A stretch of DNA of 62,623 bases, the filler included, from Choristocarpus tenellus KU-1152 (taxonomy: Eukaryota; Protista; Phaeophyceae): assembly GCA_964200185.2 (NCBI GenBank). It is 12 parts of 12 records of this genome, joined end to end, with 100 filler letters (N's around TTAATTAATTAA, not from the genome) between each part and the next. Parts side by side here need not be neighbours in the genome. Positions count along the whole stretch, not along the records: positions 50,721 to 53,787 come from CAXNAD020022551.1; positions 53,888 to 57,484 come from CAXNAD020019043.1; positions 57,585 to 62,623 come from CAXNAD020012085.1; 9 more parts are not named here. One strand, written 5' to 3'. The position numbers were made by a program, and so were the translations under genes. Numbering within the stretch: the stretch's first letter is position 1; the number at the start of each line of letters is the position of its first letter. Below the pieces are notes generated by a model. The model searched no databases. It worked only from the letters and a program-made list of their open reading frames with translations, and had not been told where the DNA came from. Below are positions 51,651-62,623 of this stretch, piece after piece.

Positions 51651-52345
51651 ACTCCATTCAACTAAAATAAATAAATGATTGGGCGAGGAACACCTTGGTA
51701 GAAATTAAGATTGAACTGCCAAATGCCAAGTTTGAAATAAAGACTCTCAGAAGTAGGAACTTGACCTTTCTTTCTGTATCAAGTGAACTTTCAAAATTAA
51801 AAAGCGGAGCCTCGTCTATTACTTCGAAGTATAACGAGACTGTAGGGCACTGGAACAACTTCTCCTAAACCTCTATCTAAAACACCCTCGCAAAGCTCTG
51901 ACCTGCTCCAAAGGAGGATTCGTTGTCTCGGAATGAGCTGTTCACTGTTGCAAATGAGGAGCCATTGGCTGAACTCACTGCTCCCCCTTTGAACTGTGAG
52001 TCGCTGAATCCACGGACGAGGGATACATCCTCAAGAATAACTTCGAGCCTACTCCATCCACAGAGAAAAGGAGGTGTCCCCGTACCCTTCAATCACTGCC
52101 CCGCCTATGCCTTTTATGTACAGGGTGTTGCCGTCAGTCAGATAGATGGTCTGATTGGTAACTACTTCCCCTTTCCATTCCACATAGAACGTACTGTTTG
52201 AACACCGCTTCAAAGCAAGTGTCATGTTAGAGAACCCTGCCATGTCCCCCACAACCACCGGTTTCAGGAGGCCGCATTCAGTTGCCATCGCCCCCATGAA
52301 GATACTTATAGTCGAAACCACAATTAGAACAATTGTCTTCATCAT
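51243..52345 (-). pseudogene. Polymorphic-outer-membrane-protein/adhesin-like (pectin-lyase-fold, GGA...FxxN repeat) secreted protein, frameshifted
   Basis: Signal-peptide-like start MMKTIVLIVV, then CSNSTFYVEWKGEV...GNTLYIKG...AVIEGYG, frameshift(s) near 52070-52030, KGGAVSSANGSSFATVNSSFRDNESSFG (exon ends 51903), and repeat exon 51326-51243 GAVYINYLSSFNVSGTIDFTKNTASFKGG. Confidence 0.7.
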
Positions 52346-52494
52346 AATGCTACGCCTGTCGTGGTGTTAAAAAGGCTCGAGGTGGCAGAAAGTACAAAAG
52401 GTAGGCTACACCGACCCTCTATGATCAGCTCCACCTTACAAATCGTAGCGCCCAAGCTAAAAGGAAACGATTCTTACGAAACGAATACCGCACA

Positions 52495-52753
52495 GAGTGG
52501 AAGTACCTTAGAGGGTACGAGTTTTGCCCTGTTTGTTCATTTGGGAGTTGGCTTTCCACAGGTTTTTAATGACGTTTAACCTACTCCAAAATGTTTCGGA
52601 GTAGGTAAAATGTGTACATTATGAATAGGTGTGTCCGGAACAAGGATATTGACATCTCCTAACAAATATGATAGCCAAAATTACATGAAAATTGCAACAT
52701 TGAATTTTGGCTTCCAAATGGACGCGACTCTACCCTCTAAGATACTTTGACTC
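52495..52753 (+). mobile_element. MITE family A, full length
   Basis: TIRs; ACA/ACA duplication. Confidence 0.92.
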
Positions 52754-52759
52754 ACAGTT

Positions 52760-53215
52760 GTGCGAGGCAAGGGACGATAAACAGTCGACACATCTGCAAA
52801 ATGTTGAAGGGTATAACAGTACACAGTATAATAAAGAGTTCAGCCACGAGGATATGTACATGTAGACAGACAGATTAATATGACGACTACAAAAAATACC
52901 GATGAGGTTATTGCAACCTGAGATTGAATAAATCGTGCTTCTTGTGCAGTGACAGGTTTGTAGAGAAGGAGTGCCATGATGCAGTGAAGTACTGGTGAAT
53001 TCGTACCTAGTGACATGCTGTGTACAGTAAGAGGTAGTTTGGTACAAAATTGAGTATTCGTTGAGACGCTCAAGGAAAGATATGCAATTCTCTGAGTAGA
53101 GGCTTGTCACCTTGTCAAGAAGGGTTTTTGAGGATGTTTCAACTCTGAATATGGCATCCACGTGTGCATCAGGTACATCTAACATACAGTGAGGTTGATG
53201 TCTTAAGTGGGACAA
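52760..53215 (-). mobile_element. Decayed transposase-like (MULE-like) relic, homologous to 60030-60365
   Basis: Nucleotide similarity (e.g. AACTCTGAATAT...CATCCA.GTGTGCATCA) and peptides DAHVDAIF / DAHLDVIY, and WTSFVEYLMKEHW in the other copy. Confidence 0.4.
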
Positions 53216-53625
53216 CCAGACAAAAAGGGATATTTATGTGTAGCCCCCCCCAAAAAATAGATGTTACACACCTCGTGATTTTTCCCTTACACGTCTGTAA
53301 AATGTCGGAAGGGAAAAATAATTTTATATAGGTAGTTTTGAGGTACAGGAAGGGTACGGTAAACCATAACTGGTAGTAAAATAATTGTGTTACTTTTTTG
53401 GAGGTTATTCTGACATAAGAATGGTTGTTGATTTTTTCCTTCGGGATATTATCTGGAAAAGGTCAGAGCACATAATAATATATAACAATTGAAAAATAAA
53501 ATAATTGAGGTGTGGAATCTTTCAAGAGATCAATCCCAGAAGTAGTGGACATCTGTTCAACCAGAGGTGTCACACATCAAAAATATTCTCTTTGTTGTCA
53601 TGTGTTGTTGCCTTTTATGATGATA

Positions 53626-53787
53626 TACAGTACCTACCCCGATTTTGTTCACCCATGGGTATGCCCGAAAAAAGTGGCACAGAATCTATATGGTATAATA
53701 TCGGTTTTGTAGTAATTAGGGTTAGGGTTAGCTGGGAATCAATCGTCGAAGCAACTAATTAATCGTGGTGAGCTGGGAAATCAATCG
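53626..53787 (+). repeat. Dispersed repeat family E; second copy at ~62440-62590
   Basis: Shared CCCGATTTTGTTC.CCCATGGG.ATGCCCGAAAAAA and CTAATTAATCGTGGTGAGCTGGGAAAT. Confidence 0.8.
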
Positions 53788-54312
53788 NNNNNNNNNNNNN
53801 NNNNNNNNNNNNNNNNNNNNNNNNNNNNNNNTTAATTAATTAANNNNNNNNNNNNNNNNNNNNNNNNNNNNNNNNNNNNNNNNNNNNCCCTCCCCCCCCC
53901 ACCAGATACTCCGAGCCATTCCACTCATTCAGCAAAATAGAGCCAGTAAGTTCTCGAAAAGAACGATCGGATCATTTTACCCAATTTCTAAAAAAAACAA
54001 ACAGAAAGACAATTTCTTTCTCAACTTGTCCAAACCTAGGACTTGACTGTGACAACCTTCACACCTAATCATCACTACAGCGAGTGTAGGCTGCTGCCCC
54101 TGCCCTCCTCCTACCTTGCGGACTGAGCTCCAGCTGTCGTCATCAACAAGAGTCGGCACATCTACGTGAGGGATGCCGTATTCCACATCTACCTATGTCG
54201 ACAAGATGGCATAGAACAAGCACCTTCTCCTTCCAATGTGACTGTCAGTGTGTCGAGCTCCCCCCATGATGCATTGTTTGTTCAGTCCATCAAACAAATC
54301 TTCCACTCTATC

Positions 54313-56519
54313 CTACTTGTGCGGGTGGTTACGATTGGGAGTCTTTCCGAACCATCCGCAAACCTGTTCATGTGTGGGCACACCTTCCAAATCCTCACCA
54401 ATCAGCGACAGAGATGGGACTGTCTTAACAGCGCGTTGGGCCACCGCCATTATGTCTGCTGCACTTACATCATTGATCTTGCGGCACATCTCCTGTAAGG
54501 ACAAACAAAACAAAACAAAACATAACATAACATGACACAACACAACACAAAGAAGAAATTGTATCAGCATCCCAATCAAATACCAGTCTGGGCAAATCCA
54601 TGGTCGGAATTATGCACTTCATGATCGGAGAATTATTGTTAAAAATAAGTATCAGCGGTTGGAAGAGGATTGTACTGGGGGTCAGGATAAAGCATCACTA
54701 CTGGCTGGGTGTTTGACAAAGGACAATTGGCTGGGTGTTTTAGTGCCCATTTCGGGACTAAAATCCAATGCTGCGATTTTGATGTAATTTTGACTATCGT
54801 GTATGTTAGGAAGTGTCAATATCCTTGTTCTGGAAACACCATTTCATAGTTTTATACATGAAACCTACTCCAAAAAACGTACACATATTACCAACTCCGA
54901 AGGATTTCAGAGTAGGAAAAGATCACAAAAAAATCCCATGGAAAGAGAGAGAGACCAAGCCTCAAACAGACAAACAGGTCAAAACTCGTACCCTCCAAGG
55001 TACTTTCACTCAGGGAAATGATGATGCCAACACAGGACAGTCAGCAGTCTCTCGATCCTATCACACACGTCTGTAGCACCTTCTGCACACACGTCAACAT
55101 GTACAGAAGACTTACAAGAATCTGTAGCAAAAATCGCTGCAACACCAAGCACCGATCTACACAACATAATAAAAAAATTGTCAGCATCAGGAGAACGGTA
55201 TGACTACCGTCAACAAAGACGAACCCTAAGTACCATAAAAGGTACATGGATACATGAACCCTAAGTACCTTAAAAGGTACATGGATACATGAGCCCTAAG
55301 TACCTTAAAAGGTACATGGATACACGAACCCTAAGTACCTTAAAAGGTACATGGATACATGAACCCTAAGTACCTTAAAAGGTACATGGATACATGAACC
55401 CTAAGTACCATAAAAGGTACATGGATACATGAACCCTAAGTACCATAAAAGGTACATGCATACATGAACATATTGCTCTGGTAGGTGGAAGTCTCTGACT
55501 CAGTCTCAAGTTCATCATCCCAAGAAATTTCTTGACTCTACTCGGAAGTTAACGCGGAATTTATTTCTTAAGATCTTTAAAAAAAAAGAGAGTACAATCT
55601 CAACGTTCAATACCGCCGGCCTGCGCTGTACCACTCTTTTTTTATTTTACATTTTGAAGTTCTCATTAGAGCCAGTGCCAATACATCGGAGAGAGATTTA
55701 TTTTCCCCCTTTTAATAAGCAAGTCTCAGGGTTTTTGGCAGAAAAATCACTTCGGTGTCAGAGAGTGCCATTGAATCAAATAGTCAGAGAGTGCCAAAGA
55801 AACATCCTCGTACAGAAGGGGGGTATCCAACACCTTGGAAGGCAAGCGCACAATCCTACTCTCCACCCACTTAACAACGCCAGTACGCCAGTACAAGAGA
55901 TAGGTATGTTTCCAACACCTCTAAACCCGACAAAAAAAGGGGTAGAAACATTCCTGGAAACATTCCTAGAAACATTCCTAGAAACATTAACACAAAATGA
56001 TCTCCATTCCTGGAAACATCCCCAGTGTTCGATCAAAAATTTTGAGCATACTTTTATCAGTTATCTCTGACCTCTCTACCTAGCAATTCAAAAAAAGGAT
56101 CAAAGAAGGGTTCCGTCATGCAAAGGCTTGAAGTATCTGGGGGGGGGGGTGGCGGCGGCTGTCCATTCGGGGCCCATTATTCCATGTCGCGATTATTGTG
56201 TGAATTTGGTTGCATGCGTCAGATGGATAATATAAGTTCACCTCTCCTGGTCAGGGCTCAAATGGACACCCTAATGTAGTCCCCCCCCCTCCCCTTCAGA
56301 TACTTCGAGCCAAACACAGGGATGTGTATTGGCCTACAACAGCAAACATTCTTCCAATATCTATCTACATCTATATATGTTCACCTCTGGGGACTCTCTT
56401 CTCCCATAGGTGAGCATCTGCCTTGCAATGTCTTCAAACAGGACCAGTCGAGACTCTAGCTGTGTGAGGACATTGCACCTCAACATGTTGCGTGCCCGGC
56501 TTAGCTCCACCTCCGTCAC
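54313..56519 (-). CDS. PMPCA: Mitochondrial processing peptidase alpha subunit (M16 family), last two exons
   Basis: Exon 56519-56385 VTEVELSRARNMLRCNVLTQLESRLVLFEDIARQMLTYGRRESPE, spliced in phase 0 to exon 54492-54313 EMCRKINDVSAADIMAVAQR...TAG. Confidence 0.9.
54745..55011 (-). mobile_element. MITE family A, degenerate, intronic
   Basis: Ends GTACCCTCCAAGGTACTTTCACTC; reverse-complement family A internal sequence. Confidence 0.85.
55222..55468 (+). repeat. Minisatellite, 35-bp unit AACCCTAAGTACC(A/T)TAAAAGGTACATGGATACATG, 7 copies
   Basis: Contiguous near-identical units, no spacers. Confidence 0.96.
56125..56311 (-). mobile_element. MITE family B, intronic. Further B fragments at contig starts 39740-39761, 47054-47089, 53888-53917, 57585-57624
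   Basis: GGCTTGAAGTATCTG...CAGATACTTCGAGCC; AAA/AAA duplication. Confidence 0.9.
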
Positions 56520-58497
56520 CTGCCATCGTTGCAATCAAAGGAGGCAGGTACACGGGTGTCCTTCATCATGTCACAACATTCTACAAAACATTCTATTCAA
56601 CATTCTACGCAACATTCTATTCCTTGTTCCCCCACTGGGGGTACTCAGGGTCAGGGTTAGGGTAAGGATCACTACATCAAAGCAAAGAAGACCCGTTTGC
56701 TTAGAGGCACCAAGGGACGAGTTGGACAGCAATTGCAGCAAATGTGGACGCCTCCTAAGAAAAAAAAGAACGCCAAGAACATGCAACTCCACAATCCCCA
56801 CCCCCACCCACCCCCCCCCCAAAAAAACAACAAAAAAACAAAAACATTACGGTGGTTGCGATTGGACGATACGACAGTTACACCCGAGTTCAACTCGACA
56901 TTGCAATGTCTCAGCGGCTAGACCTCCACAGCAGACCCATCGCTGTTGGATGTTGGATCAAGATTGACGAGAGCTGACTCGGTCTTCAAGAAGAAAGACC
57001 GTTCAAATCGAGTTATCATACTGTCAAGAGGTAGGTGTACATCACACCCGTAGTACCAATTTCAGGAGGACGTTTACTCAGCGGCAATCTTTGTTACTCT
57101 TCAATTTATTATTATTTATTTATCTATTTTTTACACGATGCCTCACTTTGGAGCCCCATAAACTGCAAGAGAGAGAGAGAGGTCCAACTTTCAATGCCAG
57201 AGTCTCTGATATACAGCCTTCAAAAGTAGGTCTTCATCATTAGTCGGATGGACAAACGGGAGCCCAACCCTGACTGACCCTAACCCTACTCTACCCAACT
57301 CATTCGACAAAGCTGAGGTCAGGGACCATTGACCGGTTTTGTGTTGGTGCATCTGATTTTCTGACCCCTCTAGACCGATCGCGTACTCTTCATTTCAAAG
57401 AGAGGGTTAGGGTTAGGGTTAGGGTTAGGGTTAAAAGCAACAATTCTGTCCGGAGAAGTTTCGCCGGATCCGCATGTACTGCTCNNNNNNNNNNNNNNNN
57501 NNNNNNNNNNNNNNNNNNNNNNNNNNNNTTAATTAATTAANNNNNNNNNNNNNNNNNNNNNNNNNNNNNNNNNNNNNNNNNNNNCAAATGGACAGCCGAC
57601 ACCCCCTCCCAGATACTTTGAGCCACAAACTGCCAGGAACCTGTCAATGGATGCAGTTTTGCTGTGTGGGTCACGCAGCGGAGTAGATAGTTGAGCATGA
57701 GCGTGATTGCTACTGTACTAGTAGCTCCTATTTCTTTTGAAGTACCATGACAGGAGTTCGAAAACATTCATTCACGCCATATGTAGAAATACAAGGGGGT
57801 AGAGCAGTCATTATATGAAAAAAAAACTCTTGTAGACTGATGTGTCTATCCCTCCTTGTGACTGGTCTATGTGGATGGGTGGATACTACAATCTCTAGGA
57901 TCACATTTGATAGTGAGCCAAACCAATTGAGAGGTAAGCAGGTTTGGACCCTAGTGCATTCCAAGCAATCTTTCTTACCCTGTATAGTACCCTCTATTTC
58001 GGCGCTTTTATGCGCACAATAGTGTGTGCAAAATTGATTCTCCCTCTTTCCTGTTACAAAGTGGACCACATCTCAGCAATACCTCTCTCTGTGCAATTGT
58101 ACAAAATTGTATCCTTTTGACCCTTCTCAGGATCCTTCAAATGCAACCCTAACTAAATCCCAGCTGGTTCGACTCAATGCACATGCTGTTGGTGGTTCTG
58201 CCTTGCAGCTAAAGACCTCCCCCTTTCTAGTCTTACATTGCTTAGATAGGATCATGAGTGTTATCATCTTTGGATTTCATCTGTCTATGATAATCTCAAT
58301 GGAGTACAGAAGGAATGTACTCAAGAGTAGTAGAATATATCAATACTTATTGCTGTACATGCGGTAGTGGATATCTAAAACTCCGTTAATATTTTTCCCC
58401 TTCTTTTCTACCAATACAAATAGCATTGCATTGCCATACCACTCTCCTACCTTTCGATCACTAAAATGTTGGCAGGCACCTCTAGGATCAGACCGGC

Positions 58498-58797
58498 CTT
58501 GATTAACTTCGAGGTGATGTAAGGCGTCCTGATCGGTGATCAGCATGTCAAATTAAAGCTGAGATCAAATGCTGTCGATTAGGGCAAAGAATCTGGGCGC
58601 AACTTACTTGGTGTTGAGTTCGTAAATGCCGAAAGGTTGGTTGAATTGCCAAAAAAATGAAAATCGCTGAAAATCTTATCAAGATGTTATTTTGCGACCA
58701 GATTTCGTTGTGCCAATCGACTTCCTATGATCTCAGCTTTAATTTGATATGCTGATCACTGATCAACTCGCCTTACATTACCTCAAAATTAATCAAG
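58498..58797. mobile_element. Foldback element / long-TIR MITE (~105-bp inverted arms)
   Basis: CTTGATTAACTTCGAGGTGATGTAAGGCG...GATCAGCATGTCAAATTAAAGCTGAGATCA is inverted at 58728-58797. Confidence 0.75.
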
Positions 58798-59589
58798 ATG
58801 AGCCGACCTCGACGGTTTCATTCCTGTAAATATGTGCGAGGCTTTCGGAGCTTAACCTTCGCACACAGCTCACTACAACATAGAGTGTCCACGCAGAACT
58901 CGGCACAATGGCTGCGGAAGCCCCTCTGTCGAAGGACATACTGGATATCGTGGTGTGATCTCTACGTCGAAGGCTGAGGTTGGGCAGAGCGTACGCGCTG
59001 GTGATTGCCGTGTGTCGAGAATGAGACTCGCGCTTGATCGAGTGGACCAGTCAATCACTGCGGAACAATAAATCAAAGAGAGAGGTCGCGACTACGACAA
59101 AGACCGTGTATTCTTGGCGAAGCTCGATAATGAGGCTGTCTGTGTGTCTGCTGTCTGTGTGTCTGCTGTCTGATGAGCTTTTAGGCGTAACAGTGGAGCT
59201 ACAATAGCAATGAAGACTTTAGGGTTGCACACAGGCAGATGAGATATTGAGGATCACGACTCTTTTTCTCCTGTGAAAAAACTCGTCCTGGAAGAGGAGA
59301 ATCAGGCCTCCAAGCCATATATTGGACGACGGACGGACGGTTGTCTAAGTAACTTGATTTTAGTGAGGAAAATCGCCCTCTTGCCCATCGCCCCACAACC
59401 AACTCCAACCTATCTAATAATATTAGGAGTGATTCAAGGGTTACATCAAGCTTTGTTTCGACGAAAAACTCGACTCCCATCAAGAGTTAGAACAGGACAA
59501 ATTCTGTCCTAAAGGCGACTGTCAACACCATACGCTGTTTGAAGTGTTTTTGTTTTTGTGAGAATGAGTTTTTACAACTGCGTACCTCA

Positions 59590-61880
59590 CCTTCATACTT
59601 CATTCGGAATGAAAAGTAACAAAAAATTTCCAGTCAGTCCCAAAATAAAGAACCAAGAGTTTATTTTGCATGTTCTTATTTTATGGGTGTGTTGTGCAGA
59701 TACTAAAAAGGTTACCCACCAAAATCTCAAACAAAATAGGGCAGCCTACACCAATCTATGATTCCACCCCCGAAGCCCTCCAAAACTCCACCCCACCACG
59801 GTATTTCACTGCATCCATCGGGGCATTTCGAGGGAGCTTGCCCGTCATTTCAGCCCTTTCTTTGCGAAGATGGGGAATTTTGAAGACACTGTCACCCTTG
59901 AACCCCAGCAACTTACAGTAGACTGCGAAGAGGGTCTGCAAGACGCACCATAATGTCTTCCGGGGGTACGCATCAAACGCCTCCATTATGGCCTCTACCA
60001 GCTCCTCTGTGTTGTGTTGAAACCTAAATCGAATGCATCGTACTTGTGAGCAAAATGCATAGACTACGAGCGATGAGCAATCATGGTGTTGCAAAGCACC
60101 AATCAATGAGAAAAATGGGTAGTCTGTGTTGTGAATAGATGTGATTGTGCTGCAAAGCACCAACGTATTGATTCTGTTGTAACTGAGGTCACTGATCGCT
60201 TAGTCAAGAATGATGTGATGTGAATCCAGTGTTCTTTCATGAGATACTCAACGAAAGAAGTCCATCCTCTGTGGAGAAGCTTGTTACCTTGGCTGGCAAG
60301 GGTTTCTGTGGATGGTTTTAACTCTGAATATATTACATCCAGGTGTGCATCAAGTAGGTCCACTTATTGCACAGTGAGTTTGGTGCATTAGGAGGGATCA
60401 ATGACTACCAAGAAGGAAATGATAATCAACAATTAAGGTACAGCTGTCATCTTCAGCTGACAATAAGAAGAAAGAGAGAAAACAAAGAAAGGACAAACAA
60501 GAGAACAACAAGAGAACTAGAGAACAAACTTGAATCAATATGTGATGCAACTCAGGTGACGAATACTATTCCTTGTGTGCAGAATGCAGAGGGACTGTTC
60601 TGCACTGTGGTGTTCTGACGGTAATTGATGTGGCGATGATGAACTAGTGACAATAACGACCAATGCATAACAGACCAATCAACAGTCAATGTTGACTGGT
60701 GGAACAGTATCGTATCAAGGAAAAAACAGACGAGTAGCCTATGTTCAGGTATATTGATCACCCCGCGTCTTCCTTAGGTTGCTGGATAGAATGAGAGAAT
60801 CCTAGGTCGTTGACGTTGAGGTCAGGTGAGTTGGCTGGCTGGGTGGGTCTCTATGAGAATGTCCTCCCCCGCTGGCTCCTCAATTGCCTCCATGATCCCC
60901 CCCTTGATCCTCCACTTGGTGTGTGGGTTTGCCCGGTCCTGATGCACAAAGATGGTGTGTCCTTCCGACCTAGCCATGTGGGCCTTGATTGTCGAGATAG
61001 TATCCTCGACCATGAACTTCTTATACCACTCCCTGTCCACCATGGCTGGCACAAGCACCTTGGTGCTGTTGGGGCAGTGCTTGCTGGAGTGCTGAGCGAC
61101 CTTAATGTCCACGATTGATCAAATCCCGATTTTCCCATCGAACCACTCTTTGTTGGAGAGCTAGCTTCCTAGGGCGGTCCACAACTGCAAGGAACATCAC
61201 CTTCGTAAAGTAACGCTTATTCTCTGCCTGTGAGGGTTCAGAGGGGTCCTTGGTGAGGTGCAGGTACACACCTTGCCCATCTCTGAGGATGTAAAATCAC
61301 TTCTCATTCACATGCACCAAGTCATAAAGGTCGTCCATTAATACCCCACTTCCCTCCCTCCTGTGTTTGTGGTTGATAACGAAACCCAACCTGCTGACTT
61401 TGTGCTGGTCTGACAGGACTGACTTCATCTACCACTTGATCTTCTTCGCCTTCTCATGCATAGACAGATCCTACAATGAGGCAAGGGAGATTCCAGCATA
61501 TTTGGGTGCCCATTTACAGAAGGATGTGTGGCGTACCAATGGGACATCTCAATTCTCAAGGATACTTGTACGGGGGGAACATCATCCCTTGCACCATCTT
61601 ACAAGGTTCATGCCTTCATGTGATGGCTGTCATACTCCTTCAAATGATAGAACACAGTGATTCAGGAAATTCTAAGGTCCTCTGCAATGACCGCCACCGT
61701 CCCCTGAGCCATCTGAGTCTCGCGCCGTCTTGTATCCAGGCATTGCGCCACCATGCTGTTCTTTGTTGCGGTGTTTGAGTCTGGACCCCCGACAGACTTC
61801 TGGGCCGAAGAATTGTGACCGACGGGTGATGATGGGATGAGTGGGGTGCTCCAACGACAGGAGGCCTTCGTCCTAGGCAT
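59590..61880 (-). mobile_element. Plant-type mariner (DD39D-like) transposon, decayed near-full-length transposase with a ~750-bp nested insertion (~60020-60760)
   Basis: Ordered motifs VLSDQHKVSRLGFV, DDLYDLVHVNEK*FY, KRYFTKVMFLAVVDRPR, FDGK, VHQDRANPH, PANSPDLNVNDLGF, then EELVEAIMEAFDAYP...GDSVFKIPHLRKE. Confidence 0.9.
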
Positions 61881-62015
61881 CCCAATAAACAGTCGCTTTG
61901 ACAATTTCACGAGGTTTTTGAACCCCATCAAATGCGACTTGGTCAACTTTGCACTGGTAAATCTCCATAGCCATGACAGTCCACCATCTCAACCTTTGCA
62001 CCCCTTCCAATCTAT

Positions 62016-62290
62016 GTGAGAACTAAGCCTCGTCCTGAGAGTTTATTGCGTGGGTCTTTCCTAGGTAAGAATAAAGCTTACAAACGTTATCTACATTTCA
62101 TTCCGAACAGAGGAAGCATCATCTATTGCACCAACCAACGCATTCATTGGGAATTCGCCAGCACCTACACCCCGGAGGACAACAGTCTTACTGAACTCCA
62201 GTGGCACACCCCCTTCAACAAGGCCAGATGTCTCCTTAACTTCACTGACCAACCAAACAACTCGAGACCCTTGCCACTGCCACTGTAATC
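62016..62290 (+). mobile_element. Ty1/Copia integrase relic
   Basis: IHWEFASTYTPEDNSLTELQWHTPFNKARCLL matches the Copia integrase YTPEQNG..ER.W.TL...AR..L pattern. Confidence 0.65.
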
Positions 62291-62623
62291 ACCAATTTCC
62301 CCCCCACCTCCACACTCCATTTCGACACTCCCCACCATTCCTAGCATTCCCACTACCCTAAACTGTCCCACGTTTGCATCTTAGGCGCCCAGTCCAATGT
62401 CCACTATGATTGCCCTCTCAGCGTCAAACTGGTACAGTAGGTTACCCGATTTTGTTCGCCCATGGGCATGCCCGAAAAAAAGAGGAACAAAACGTTTGTG
62501 ATACAAAATACGATTTGTACCACTTGGTACAAAACCGGGAAATCAATCGTGGAATCGACTAATTAATCGTGGTGAGCTGGGAAATGAATCATAAGCTTCA
62601 TGGATAGGATTGAAACGATTACG

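Noticed and set aside
55222-55468. CRISPR-like array of 35-bp palindromic repeats
   Set aside because: Units are contiguous with no unique spacers, no cas genes are present, and the array lies in a eukaryotic intron.
37789-56519. Functional clustering of USP, dynein and MPP-alpha
   Set aside because: They lie on different contigs separated by artificial linkers.
59590-62623. Fanzor/TnpB cargo associated with the mariner or the MITEs
   Set aside because: No RuvC-like motifs or CxxC zinc finger seen in or beside the elements; the insert looks like another decayed transposase.

Overview
Eukaryotic, intron-rich and repeat-rich DNA, probably from a brown alga or related flagellated stramenopile. 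That is an inference from TTAGGG repeats, an axonemal dynein, a Pmp/adhesin-like repeat gene, an RTE-type LINE and a plant-type mariner. The window is not one locus: it is 12 contigs joined by identical artificial 100-bp linkers (44N-TTAATTAATTAA-44N), so nothing should be read across the gaps. Most ORFs in the supplied track are spurious or single exons. Manual splicing recovers: (1) a minus-strand gene of about 15 exons (3752-~14478) for a divergent NADPH-oxidase/ferric-reductase-like flavocytochrome, with non-canonical motifs and one unambiguous in-frame TGA; (2) three exons of an inner-arm dynein heavy chain; (3) two exons of mitochondrial processing peptidase alpha; (4) one exon of UDP-sugar pyrophosphorylase; (5) several unknown or decayed multi-exon genes (POT-transporter-like, Pmp-like, lectin-like C-terminus, coiled-coil). 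Mobile DNA includes three MITE families sharing a GRSTCAAAGTA(TCT)-type terminus, with mixed 3- and 4-bp target duplications in two of them. There are also mariner, Gypsy, Copia, LINE and MULE-like relics, a hairpin-ended dispersed repeat, a foldback element and several minisatellites. Repeat copies show CpG decay, suggesting cytosine methylation. No rRNA, tRNA, CRISPR or TnpB/Fanzor could be supported.
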